Source: an uncultured Actinomycetes bacterium (GTDB lineage: Bacteria; Actinomycetota; Thermoleophilia; Gaiellales; F1-60-MAGs149). From it: 64,000 nt of DNA. Made by a program: the position numbers and the translations under genes. The DNA is taken from assembly GCA_963732645.1 (NCBI GenBank), contig CAVTAC010000007.1, forward strand, positions 226,161 through 290,160. The letters are read 5' to 3'. Shown in pieces: positions 30,085 to 39,634 of this stretch. Numbering within the stretch: position 1 is the stretch's first letter; each line of letters starts with the position of its first letter. The notes under the pieces are model-generated. The model saw nothing but the letters and a program-made list of their open reading frames with translations. It ran no database searches and had not been told where the DNA came from.

Positions 30085-30903
30085 CGTTCCGCCTCGGCAG
30101 CCACGTGTTCGAGCCGGGCGCGCGGACGCTGGTGATGGGGATCGTCAACAACACGCCCGACTCGTTCTACGACGGCGGCCGGCACTACGGCGCCGAGGCC
30201 GCCGCGGCGCACGGCAGGGCGCTGCTCGCCGAGGGGGCCGACGTGCTCGACGTCGGCGGCCAGACAGGTCAGATGGGCGCCGAGATCGAGATCGCGGCCG
30301 AGATCGGGCGCGTGGTGCCGGTGATCGAGCAGCTGACCGACGCCTGCGTGTCGGTCGACACCTACCGCGCGCCGGTCGCGGCGGCGGCGCTGGCGGCGGG
30401 CGCCTCGTTCGTGAACGACTACACCGGCGGGTTCGATCCCGACCTGGCCGGCGTGGTCGCCGCAGGCCGATGCGGGTCTGGTGGTGACGCACTACCGCGG
30501 CCGGCCGCGCTCGAACCCGTCGCGGTCGTACGAGGGCAGCGTCGACGAGGTGCTGCGCGAGCTCGAGGCGCAGCTCGCCCACGCCACGGGCGCGGGCGTG
30601 GGGGAGGACCGGATCCTCGTCGACCCCGGCTTCGGGTTCGGCAAGTCGACCCGGCTCGACCTGATCCTGCTGCGCGACCTGCACCGCGTGATGGCGCTCG
30701 GGTTCCCGGTGCTGGTGGCCTGCTCGCACAAGGAGTTCACGGCCGACGCGACGGGCGCCGAGGAGCACGACCTCGCCCCGACCATCGCCGCCGCCGTGCT
30801 GGCGAGCCGTGCCGGCGCCGCGATGCTGCGCCTGCACGACGTCGCCGCCTGCCGGCCGGCGATCGCGCTGGCCGACGCCGTGCGCGGCGTGGAGGGCGCC
30901 TGA
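30081..30903 (+). pseudogene. folP: dihydropteroate synthase-like protein (FolP family); one frame break
   Basis: LVMGIVNNTPDSFYDGG, DVLDVGGQ, SVDTYRAPVAAAAL, later ILVDPGFGFGK...LVACSHKEF...MLRLHDV. Break near 30465. The GTG overlaps the upstream stop (GTGA). It may be a folP2-type paralog. Confidence 0.8.
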
Positions 30904-31392
30904 TGCGCATCGCGGTCGTGTCCGACACGCACCTGCCGCGCGGTCAGCGGCAGCTGCCGGCGCGGCTGGTGGAGGAGTGCTCGGCCGCCGACCTCATCCT
31001 CCACGCCGGCGACTTCTCGGCGCTGTCCGTGCTGGTCGAGCTGGAGCTGCTCGGGCCGGTGCAGGGCGGTGCTCGGCAACACCGACGACGACGATCTGGC
31101 GGCGCGGCTGCCGGTCGAGCGAGTCGTCGAGGCCGAGGGCGTGCGGATCGGGATGGTGCACAACTCGGGGCCGAAGGACGGGCGCGGCGAGCGGCTGCGC
31201 GAGCAGTTCCCCGACTGCCAGGCGGTGGTGTTCGGCCACTCGCACCTGCCGCTGATCGAGCGGCACGGCGACCTGCTGCTGCTGAATCCGGGCTCGGCCC
31301 TCGAGCACCGCGGCCGTGCGCCCGTGTGCACGATGGCGGTGGTCGAGATCGCCGACGGCCGCCTGACCGCGACCCTGATCGACCTGCCCTAG
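30903..31392 (+). pseudogene. YfcE/MJ0936-family metallophosphoesterase; one frame break
   Basis: MRIAVVSDTHLP...ILHAGDF, then LGNTDDD...GMVHNSG...VVFGHSHLPL. Break near 31062. The ATG overlaps the folP-like stop (TGATG). Confidence 0.8.
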
Positions 31393-31946
31393 CCGGTCGA
31401 CGTCGGCTCGGCCCGGCCGCGCGTCGCGGCGGCCGACCCTTTCGGACGGCGGCTGACGACTCGCCAGGTGGCGGCCATGACGACCACGCCGGCCGCGAGG
31501 CCGTAGCCCGCGAGCGACGCCCGCTCCTGCGTGTCCGTGCCGGCGCCGAGGCCGTGCAGTAGCGCCAGGAACCAGACGGCGTAGCCGAGGTAGTGCAGGC
31601 GCCGCCAGGTGCGGGTCGACAGGCGGCCGCGCTTCTTCAGGGCGAACGAGACCGGCAGCAGCACGATCAGCCAGGTGGCGGTGACGCCGGCGACGGCGGC
31701 CGGTCGCGCACCGACGTAGAACAGCGCGGGCCAGTGCACGCCGTTCGCGTGGTGGATGAGCACCGTCGAGACGTGGACGGCCGTTGCGACGAGGCCGAGC
31801 GACGAGACGAACCGGTGGTAGTCGAACTCCGGCTTCGCCGGCGCCGGCAGCGTCCGCGAGGCGACCAGGATGCCCCACGTCACCGACAGGGTGTAGCACC
31901 CGAAGGCCACGAAGGCGCTCGCCCGCGTGATCTCCCAGGCGATCAT
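31389..31946 (-). CDS. ferric-reductase-like (MsrQ/YedZ-type) heme-binding transmembrane domain protein
   Basis: MIAWEITRASAFVAFGCYTLSV...YHRFVSSLGLVATAVHV...WRRLHYLGYAVWFLALLHG: about 6 helices with conserved-looking His residues. The frame stays open upstream into the preceding gene (see findings). Confidence 0.5.
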   Translation of the reverse strand: MIAWEITRASAFVAFGCYTLSVTWGILVASRTLPAPAKPEFDYHRFVSSLGLVATAVHVSTVLIHHANGVHWPALFYVGARPAAVAGVTATWLIVLLPVSFALKKRGRLSTRTWRRLHYLGYAVWFLALLHGLGAGTDTQERASLAGYGLAAGVVVMAATWRVVSRRPKGSAAATRGRAEPTSTG

Positions 31947-32297
31947 CCGGCCCGATCCGCAACGAGCGCCGTGCGCACCCGGTAGACGACACGCGGCGGC
32001 GCGATGCACGACCCGGCGACGCGCCGTGCGGGCCTGCTCGATCGCCGCCAGCAGCCGGCGCGTGCTGTTCGCCGTCTCGCGGCGCAGGGCCGCCCGGCGG
32101 GCCGCGATGTCGCGGAGTCGCGTCCCGTGCCGCGACCTCGCGCGCTCGCTCCGCGGCCCACCTGGCGTGCGCGCGGTTGGCCTCGGCGAGCGCCCGGCGC
32201 CCGGCGTCCGCGCGGTCGTGCACGGTGGTCGCGGTGACCACGGCGGCGGTCGCGAGGAGGCCGAGGGCGAGGCAGAGGACGCGCTGCAGCCGCGTCA
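31947..32297 (-). pseudogene. single-pass membrane coiled-coil protein, weak paralog of 32837..33163; one frame break, 3' end unresolved
   Basis: A GTG at 32297 overlaps the upstream stop (GTGA): VTRLQRVLCLALGLLATAAVVTATTVHDRADAGRRALAEANRAHARWAAERAREVAARDAT. After a shift near 32125 it reads RDIAARRAALRRETANSTRRLLAAIEQARTARRRV, with no stop before MIAWE. Confidence 0.3.
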
Positions 32298-32810
32298 CTC
32301 GTCGTCGTCCCGCTCGTGGTCGTCGTCGCCGGCCTGCGGCCGGTCGGTGCGGCGCTCGTTGCGGTCGTCGTGCTCGACGCTCGCGCTCGCGGTCGCGCGC
32401 GGAGACGGTGCGCGTCGACTGCCGGCGACTCGTCGATGCGGTGGTCGTCCGCGTGCGGCGTCCGCTGCGTCGTCGTGGCGACCTGCCGGGCCGGCTTGCG
32501 TCGTGGTTGTCGCCCGGCGGGTGGGCGCCGAGTCGCTGACGACGCGCGTCACGACGACGACGCGCACCGGCTCGATCACGCGCGGGGGCAGGGAGAGCGG
32601 CGCCGGCGTCGCCGGCGCCTGCCACGCCAGCAGGCCGGTGGCGCCGCGGCCGACGGGTGCGTCCGTGGCGGCGACCGGGGCGAGCGACGCGACCTGCGGC
32701 GAGCGGTGCGCGGCGTGGGTGAAGGCGAGCGTGGCGCAGACGACGGCGCCGGCGCCGACGAGGCCGGCGGTGGAGGCGATCAGCGCGCGGGTGGTGCGGG
32801 AACGTGGCAT
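32295..32810 (-). CDS. hypothetical membrane-anchored protein
   Basis: 171-aa ORF with an N-terminal TM (ALIASTAGLVGAGAVVCATLAF). The C-terminal half is low-complexity and may hide an undetected frame break. Confidence 0.3.
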   Translation of the reverse strand: MPRSRTTRALIASTAGLVGAGAVVCATLAFTHAAHRSPQVASLAPVAATDAPVGRGATGLLAWQAPATPAPLSLPPRVIEPVRVVVVTRVVSDSAPTRRATTTTQAGPAGRHDDAADAARGRPPHRRVAGSRRAPSPRATASASVEHDDRNERRTDRPQAGDDDHERDDDE

Positions 32811-32836
32811 GAGGACTCCTCCTTTGCGGAGCGGGT

Positions 32837-33163
32837 TCAGCGCTGCGCGGCGATGCGCCGCCAGCGATCGACGGCTGCGAGCAGGCGCTGCTCGCGCCGT
32901 CGGTTCGCCTGCACGAGCCGGTTGTAGGAGCCGCGCAGACGGCGGCCGGCCGCGTCAGCGGTGGCGACGCGGGCGCGTGTGGCGGCCAGCTCGGCCTTCC
33001 AGGCGGCGGCCTGCGACTGTCGCTGCACGGCAACCCGGCTGGCGGGGCCGTCGTGGACGATCACCGTCACCGCGACGCCGCAGATGACCGCGACGGCGAC
33101 CGTGTACCACCGTATGAGCGCACGCCGAGGCGAACGTACCTGTGACATCGAGACCTCCCCCAC
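32837..33163 (-). CDS. hypothetical single-pass membrane coiled-coil protein
   Basis: 108-aa ORF: TM (WYTVAVAVICGVAVTVIV), then an Arg/Ala-rich helical region ending RLLAAVDRWRRIAAQR. Confidence 0.4.
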   Translation of the reverse strand: MGEVSMSQVRSPRRALIRWYTVAVAVICGVAVTVIVHDGPASRVAVQRQSQAAAWKAELAATRARVATADAAGRRLRGSYNRLVQANRRREQRLLAAVDRWRRIAAQR

Positions 33164-33361
33164 CCGTGGTCGTTGCTGGCAGCGACTACCGAGGACCGAT
33201 TGAACTCGTCACACCGTAGACGCCGCGGTCGGACGAGGGGTGCGCCGAAAACGGCGAAAAGCGCCAGGCCGGCGGCGAGCGCCGAGACTCGCGCAGGTTC
33301 CGCGGCGTTCGGCGTCCGTTTCTGACACAAGTGTCACGGCCCAGGGCGGCCGGATCACGTG

Positions 33362-33393
33362 AAAAGGGCCCGGGCCGACTCCGGCCCGGGCCC
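33362..33393 (-). terminator. Rho-independent terminator of the GlsB/YmgE-family gene
   Basis: Minus strand: GGGCCCGGGCC-GGAGTC-GGCCCGGGCCC followed by TTTT, about 15 nt after the stop at 33408. Confidence 0.8.
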
Positions 33394-33407
33394 TCAGATC
33401 GCCCGGT

Positions 33408-33683
33408 TCAGACGGTGCGGCCGGCGTGTCCGGGCGCGAACTTGCGCCAGACCCACAGCAGCAGCACCGAGCCGATGATGGCGGTGAGCCACGTCGAGAT
33501 GTCGAAGAACTCGTCGAGCGGGTGCGCGCCGAAGAGGGCGCTGGCCAAGAAGCCGCCGATCAGGGCGCCGACGACGCCGATGACCATCGTGATGAGAATG
33601 CCGCCTCGATCCTCGCCGGGCAGGATCGCCTTCGCGATCATGCCTGCGACCAAGCCGAGAATGAGAAACGCGATGATGCCCAT
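33408..33683 (-). CDS. GlsB/YeaQ/YmgE family stress-response membrane protein
   Basis: MGIIAFLILGLVAGMIAKAILPG...GILITMVIGVVGALIGGFL: classic family pattern. GGAGG sits before the ATG. Confidence 0.85.
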   Translation of the reverse strand: MGIIAFLILGLVAGMIAKAILPGEDRGGILITMVIGVVGALIGGFLASALFGAHPLDEFFDISTWLTAIIGSVLLLWVWRKFAPGHAGRTV

Positions 33684-33743
33684 GGAGCCTCCGTCGGTAG
33701 ACGATCCGTGGTGCCCTCGACGGTCGTTGCCAAAACGTCGGGC

Positions 33744-33956
33744 CTAGCTGAGCTTCGGGGCCGTCGTCCCGACCTCGCGAGCGTGCACGATCGCCGGATC
33801 CTCGGCCGCAGGGCCGGTCTCCGTGCGGTCGCTGCGCTGCCGGTCGTCCGCGAGCTCCTCCGACGTCGCGTTGTCGATCGCGCCCGCGAGGGAGCTGTCG
33901 GACGGATCGAGCCCTGCGTCCTGCCGGCCGTCCTCGAGTCGCTTCTCGTCACCCAT
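33744..33956 (-). CDS. hypothetical small acidic protein
   Basis: 70-aa ORF with genome-typical GC3 and no recognisable motif. Confidence 0.4.
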   Translation of the reverse strand: MGDEKRLEDGRQDAGLDPSDSSLAGAIDNATSEELADDRQRSDRTETGPAAEDPAIVHAREVGTTAPKLS

Positions 33957-34100
33957 GGTCGCGCTCCTTCGATCGTTGTACGGCGACGGTTCCCCGGCCT
34001 CGGGGGCCGAAACCGCCTCGGCGACGCGATCTCGAGGGCGGGCCTACGGGCACAGGGCGCCCGTCGTGCGTCCGAGCTGGCGTGACCGAACGAGCGCGTG

Positions 34101-34316
34101 CTACGCGACGGTCGCCGCGGTGGCGTGCGACTCGTCGATCCACGCCACGACCTCGGGGTCGTTGGCGTAGAACAGGAGCGAGTGCTTGGCGCACACCCAG
34201 GCGATCCGCGCATGGTCGTCGCCCTCGCGGAGGTGCAGCGCCATCGGCGTCGCGCGGCTCGGACGTTCGCAGCCCGGGAATTGGCAGTGATGGGGCGTCG
34301 ATGCGTCGAAGCTCAT
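34101..34316 (-). CDS. hypothetical small Cys/His-containing protein
   Basis: MSFDASTPHHCQFPGCERPS...IAWVCAKHSLLFY, with typical GC3. Start chosen at the internal ATG of ORF 34101..34451. Confidence 0.4.
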   Translation of the reverse strand: MSFDASTPHHCQFPGCERPSRATPMALHLREGDDHARIAWVCAKHSLLFYANDPEVVAWIDESHATAATVA

Positions 34317-34522
34317 CGGAGTCAGGGTGGACCTCCTCGGGCCGGCTTGCAAGTGGTCGCTGCCCAACACTCCCGGAGCCGGTGAAAAGCTCTGCGCCAC
34401 GGTGCCCCGGTGGGAGTTTCCCGAGTCGTATCGACGCCGGGTTCGGTCCACGTGATGCGGGGTTCGTGGAACGCTCGGCGTCCCACGAACCCCGCGTCGT
34501 CGTCATCGAGGGTTGGTGACGG

Positions 34523-36662
34523 TCAGGCGACGTCGGTCGCCGCACCCGTCAGTCGTTCGCGGTGCGGGATGCGCAGTGCGGTGCTGGTCCAGCGGGGCAT
34601 CCACCAGTTGGCCTCGCCCATCAGCCGCATCAGGGCGGGGACGAGGAGGGCGCGGATGACGGTGGCGTCGAGGATGATGCCGGCGGCGATGCCGATGGCG
34701 AGGGGCTTGACTTCGTAGCCGGGGCTGGTGGAGAGCACGAGGAAGGCGAACATCAGGATGAGGGCGCCGCTGGTGACGAGTTTGCCGGTGCGGGCGAGGC
34801 CGAGTTCGATGGCCTTGTCGGTGTTGCCGGTCTCGTCGTAGGCCTCGCGGATGCGGGACAGCATGAACACCTCGTAGTCCATGGACAGGCCGTACAGGAA
34901 GGCGAAGATCATGAGCGGGATGTAGGCCGTGATCGAGCCGGTCGCCTCGATGTCCCAGAGCGACGAGCCGTGGCCCTGCTGGAAGACGATCACGACGATC
35001 CCGAAGGCGGCGGCGAGGGAGACGAGGTTGAGCAGCACCGCCTTGAGGGCGAGCACGATGGAGCGGAACGCGCGGGTGAGCAGGATCAGGGTCAGGAGCA
35101 GCACCAGGCCGAGCACGTAGGGGGCGCTGCCGAACAGGGCGTGCACGAAGTCGCGGTCGACGGCGGCGATGCCGGTGAGCGTGCCGCCGGAGCCCTCGAG
35201 CGCGGCGTTGGAGCGGTCGACGAGGCCCTGGATGCCGGGGGCCGAGCCGTCGATGGCGGGGAACGCCTCGACCAGGGCCGTCTGTCCGGACTGCCAGGTC
35301 ACCGGGGCTGCGGCGCCCACGATGCCGGGGACGGTGCTCATCGTTGCGGCGATCTGCTGCGCGTCGCCGCCGTTCTCGACGAGGACGTTGAGCGGCTTCA
35401 TCACGCCGGGCGTGATCTGCGCGTCGGCGAGCATCTGGCGGCCGTCGATCGCGGTGCCGGTGCCGGGGAAGTTGGACAGCTGTGCCTCGTTGGCGTTCAG
35501 CTGCGTGCCGAATCCGGCCAGCACGGCGACGATCGCGATGCCGACCGCGGCGACCGCGACCGGGCGCCGGAGTACGAAGCGGGCCCAGCGGCCCCAGGCG
35601 CCGTCCTCGGCGTGGCCGCGGTCGATCAGGCGGCGCGGCATCACGCGGACGCTGTTGATGCGCGGGCCGAGCACGGCCAGCATCGCCGGCAGCAGCGTGA
35701 TCGAGGCGAGCACGGAGACGGCCGGGATCAGCATGCCGGCGACGCCGATCGAGCGGATCAGCGGCAGTGGCAGGAAGACCAGCGACAGCAGGCCGATCGC
35801 GACGGTGGAGCCGGAGACGATCACGGAGCGGCCGGCGTGGGTCATCGTCTCGACGACCGCGGACTCGACGTCGCGTCCGTCGCGGAGCTCGTCGCGGAAC
35901 CGGAAGATCATCAGCAGCGCGTAGTCGATCGCCACGCCGAGGCCGACCAGCGCGATCAGGAACTGGACGATGATCGAGACGTCGGTGACGTAGGTCAGCG
36001 CCCAGACCAGCGTGAAGGTGTTGAGGATGGCGGAGATGGCGACGACGATCGGCAGCAGCACCGCCGGCAGCGTCCCGAACACGAACAGCAGGATCACGAG
36101 CGCGCCGACGCCGCCGAGGATCGCCTCGACCAGCACCGTCGAACCGCCGCCGGAGCCGCTCTTCGAGGCCTCGCCCAGCGCGTCACGGCCGGTGACGTTG
36201 ACGGTGATGTCGCTCGGCAGGCCCTTGGCAGCCGCGGCGCGCATCGCCTCGGCACCGCTCGGCGCATCCAGGATGTCGGGCCCGGCCGGGTACACCATCG
36301 GCGAACGCCGTGTGCCGGTCGGCCGACACGTAGGCGAGGTTCCCGGTCGAGTAGTAGGAGCTGGTCAGCGCGCCGGGCATCGCCGCCGTCGTGCGCTCGA
36401 TGGCCTGCTCGATCGCTTGACTCTTCGTCGCGTCGCCGCTGGTGTGAAACACGACCACGCTCGGGCTGCGGGCGCCGGCGCCGAGCGCCGTCAGCGTCCG
36501 CTGGCTCGCCTCGTAGGCCGACTTGCCGGGAACCGACGTGCTCTGGAACCAGCGCGACGACACCTGGCCGGCGGCGAAGGCGCCGAAGACGGTGAGTACG
36601 AGCCACGCGCCGATCATGAGCCAGCGGCGGCGGACGGTCAGATGTGCAAGGCGGGTCAGCAT
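34523..36662 (-). pseudogene. MMPL family (RND superfamily) transporter; one frame break
   Basis: N-terminus MLTRLAHLTVRRRWLMIGAWLVLTVFGAFAAG... is in ORF 36183..36845. The remaining 591 aa, with two 6-TM bundles, are in ORF 34523..36298. Break near 36300. Confidence 0.9.
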
Positions 36663-36757
36663 CGAGGTTCTCCTTCTCGTGGGATCGGGGCGATCACGAG
36701 GAGACCGTAGATCTGCCGACGACGCGGCGGAAGACGCACCAGTTGCACGTTGTTGTT

Positions 36758-36780
36758 GCGTTTGACGCCATGCCAAACGC
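36758..36780. promoter_or_regulatory. inverted repeat with T-N11-A geometry upstream of the MMPL gene (candidate LysR-type site)
   Basis: GCGTTTG-ACGCCATGC-CAAACGC lies between the LysR gene stop and the MMPL start. Confidence 0.3.
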
Positions 36781-36810
36781 CGCACGGAGCTCTCGAGCGG
36801 GAGTGCTCCC

Positions 36811-37704
36811 CTACTGCGCGCCGCAGACCGAGCGAACGCAGCCACGGAGCCACCGATGCGCCGGGTCGGCGTCCAGACGGGGGTGCCAGAGCAGCGATAC
36901 GACGAAGTCCGGCGTGGGGACGGGCAGCGGGAACGTGTGCATGCCGCCGCGGAGGCCCTCGGTGTGTCGTTCCGGGACGGTGGCGATCAGGTCGCTGCCG
37001 CGGGCAACGGCCACGGCGGTCGCGAAGCCGCCGACGAACGTCGCGATCTCCCGCTTCGCTCCCGCCGCTTCCAGGGTGTCGTCGATCGGACCGCGATCGA
37101 GGCCCTGACGGGAGACGCCGACGTGCCGGCCGGCCGCGTACCGACGGGCAGTGATCGTGCCCGAGCAGAGCGGGTGCCCGAGACGCACGACGCCGACGAG
37201 CCGATCGCGGAAGAGCGCCTGCGCTCGCACCTCCGGCCCGGTCGCCTCGTCGATGACGCCCGTTTCGAGGTCGATGGCGGCCTGGCGGAGGGGCGTGCTG
37301 TCCTTGTCCGGCTTCTGAACGAAGCGCAGCAGCACCTTCGGAGCCGCGTCGTGCACGCGGGCGATGAGGTCGGGCCCGAAGGTCTCGACGAAGCCCTCGC
37401 TCGTCCGGAGCGTGAACGTCCGCTCGAGCTGCGTCAGGTCGGGCGCCTGCGCGGGCCGCAGGACGGTCTGAGCATCCTGCACGAGCTGGCCGACGCGCTC
37501 CCGCAGCTCGACCGCGCGAGGCGTCGGAACGAGCCCGCGCCCTGCCCTGACCAGCAGCGGATCGCCCGTGGTCTCACGCAGGCGCGCCAGTGCCCGGCTC
37601 ATCGCCGACGGGCTCAGCTGCAGGCGTCTGGCCGCGCCCGCAACGCTTCCCTCCTCGAGCAGTACGTCGAGGGTGACGAGCAGATTGAGATCGGGCGTCG
37701 ACAT
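36811..37704 (-). CDS. LysR family transcriptional regulator
   Basis: MSTPDLNLLVTLDVLLEEGSVAGAARRLQLSPSAMSRALARLRE (HTH) plus a substrate-binding domain. Divergent from the MFS gene. Confidence 0.9.
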   Translation of the reverse strand: MSTPDLNLLVTLDVLLEEGSVAGAARRLQLSPSAMSRALARLRETTGDPLLVRAGRGLVPTPRAVELRERVGQLVQDAQTVLRPAQAPDLTQLERTFTLRTSEGFVETFGPDLIARVHDAAPKVLLRFVQKPDKDSTPLRQAAIDLETGVIDEATGPEVRAQALFRDRLVGVVRLGHPLCSGTITARRYAAGRHVGVSRQGLDRGPIDDTLEAAGAKREIATFVGGFATAVAVARGSDLIATVPERHTEGLRGGMHTFPLPVPTPDFVVSLLWHPRLDADPAHRWLRGCVRSVCGAQ

Positions 37705-37746
37705 CCAGCGACCGTAGCAAGCATCGGTGCTGACATGGCGCTGAAC

Positions 37747-37761
37747 GCACGAATAACGTGC
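37747..37761. promoter_or_regulatory. short palindrome in the LysR/MFS divergent region (candidate operator)
   Basis: GCACG-AATAA-CGTGC, the only AT-containing palindrome in the 125-nt intergenic region. Confidence 0.25.
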
Positions 37762-37829
37762 AAGTGGTGCGTCTTCCGCCATTCCACCTCGCGGCCTACG
37801 GTCTCCGTAGCCCGTCCGGGGTGCCGTGA

Positions 37830-39298
37830 ATGGAGTTCCTGGTGAAGACGATCTCGACGAATCGATCGGCCGCTGGAGGCGCGGAACGCACGGCGCCCGT
37901 CCGGTGGGCGCTCGCCAGCCTCTCGCTCCTGATGCTGCTGTCGTCGCTCGGCACCAGCATCGCCAACGTCGGCCTGCCGACCCTGGCGCACGCGTTCGAC
38001 GCGTCGTTCCAGGCGGTCCAGTGGGTCGTCCTGGCGTACCTGCTCGCCATCACCACCCTGATCGTGAGCGTCGGACGGCTCGGCGACCTCACCGGCCGCC
38101 GCCGGCTGTTGCTGGGCGGAATCGCCCTCTTCACGGTGGCATCCGCCGTGTGCGGCGTCGCGCCGAGCCTCGTCGTGCTGATCGCCGCCCGCGCGGCGCA
38201 GGGCCTGGGCGCGGCGATCCTGATGGCCCTCACGATCGCCTTCGTCGGCGAGATCGTCCCGAAGGCGCGGACCGGGAGCGCCATGGGGCTCCTCGGCACG
38301 ATGTCCGCCGATCGGCACCGCCCTCGGCCCGTCGCTCGGCGGCGTGCTGATCGCCGCGACTGGGTTGGCGAGCGATCTTCCTCGTCAACGTCCCGCTCGG
38401 GATCGTCGCCTTCGTCCTGGCCCGCCGCCACCTGCCGGCAGACCGCGTTCGGCGAGCGGCGGCACGGCCGGGCTTCGATCACGCCGGCACGCTGGTGCTG
38501 GCCGTGACCCTCGCGGCCTACGCGCTCGCGATGACGATCGGACGCGGCGACTTCGGTCGGCTCAACCTCGTCCTGCTCCTGGCCGCCGTCGCCGGCGTCG
38601 GCCTCTTCGCGCTCGTCGAGCGGAGGGCGGCATCACCGTTGATCCGCCTGGCGACCTTCCGCGATCCGCTGCTGAGCGCGAGCCTCGCGATGAGCGCGCT
38701 CGTCTCGACCGTGATGATGGCGACCCTCGTGGTCGGGCCGTTCTACCTCTCGCGCGGGCTCGGACTCGGTGCCGCCCAGGTCGGACTCGTGCTCTCGGTC
38801 GGGCCGATCGCCGCCGCGCTGACGGGCGTGCCGGCCGGCCGCATCGCGGACCGCGTCGGCCAGCACCGCGTCACGATCATCGGCCTGATCGGGATCGCGG
38901 CGGGCTCCCTGCTGCTCTCCGTTCTGCCCGCGACGCACGGCGTTCTGGGCTACGTCGCGCCGATCGTCGTCATCACCGTCGGCTACGCGCTGTTCCAGAC
39001 GGCCAACAACACGTCGGTCATGCGCGACGTCCACGCCGACCAGCGAGGCGTCACGTCCGGCCTCCTCAACCTGTCGCGCAACCTCGGCCTCATCACGGGC
39101 GCGTCGGTGATGGGCGCCGTCTTCGCGGTCGCTTCCGCGACCACCGACATCACCACCGCGAGCCCGGCGGCCGTCGCCACCGGCATGCGCACCACGTTCG
39201 CAGTGGCAGCGATGCTGACCTTCGTCGCGCTCGTCGCCGCAATCGCGACGTACCGCCGCGCGATGCGGCTGCCATCCCGTCCGCTGGCCGTCGTGTAG
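37830..39298 (+). pseudogene. MFS transporter, DHA2 (EmrB/QacA-like, 14-TM) family; two frame breaks
   Basis: LGTSIANVGLPTLAHAF...GRLGDLTGRRRL... (ORF 37830..38507), then GPSLGGVLIAATGWRAIFLVNVPLGIV (short segment), then ORF 38495..39298. Breaks are near 38305 and 38365. Confidence 0.85.
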
Positions 39299-39365
39299 CG
39301 AGACGAGGGGACGTTCGATCCGTAGACGGCCACCCCTGGGTGCATGGGTGGGGTGGGGCGGCCGC

Positions 39366-39626
39366 CTACGGCAGAAGCAGCACCTCGCCGGGCCGGATGG
39401 TGTCGGTTGCGAGGTCGTTCACCTCTCGGATCGCGGCGACGCCGGAACGCGGGTCGCCTGCGCTCCCGGTCGAAGCGATGCTCCACAGCGTGTCACCCGG
39501 TTGCACCGTGTAGCTCACCGAAGGTCCTGCTCCGCTGGAGGGGGTGGCGAATTTCAGTCCGCCGAAGAGGAGCATGCCGAAGACGGTGAGGAAGGCGATG
39601 CGGCGCCGGAGGTACACGTCGAACAT
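39366..39626 (-). CDS. small membrane-anchored LysM-domain protein (YneA/ChiZ-like candidate)
   Basis: 86 aa: TM IAFLTVFGMLLFGGL, then LysM YTVQPGDTLWSIA...IREVNDLATDTIRPGEVLLLP. The ATG is embedded in an SOS box. Confidence 0.8.
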   Translation of the reverse strand: MFDVYLRRRIAFLTVFGMLLFGGLKFATPSSGAGPSVSYTVQPGDTLWSIASTGSAGDPRSGVAAIREVNDLATDTIRPGEVLLLP

Positions 39627-39634
39627 GTGTTCGA
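39619..39634. promoter_or_regulatory. LexA operator (SOS box 1), perfect TCGAAC-N4-GTTCGA
   Basis: TCGAACATGTGTTCGA. The LysM gene ATG (39626-39624, minus strand) lies in its centre. Confidence 0.75.

Noticed and set aside
33322-33338. Short palindromes such as TGACAC-AA-GTGTCA near 33325, TTTGGG-TCAA-CCCAAA (14786-14801) and CTACGG-TCT-CCGTAG near 37800 as operators.
   Set aside because: These are 6-bp arms only, single occurrences with no known motif match. Such palindromes are expected by chance in 64 kb.
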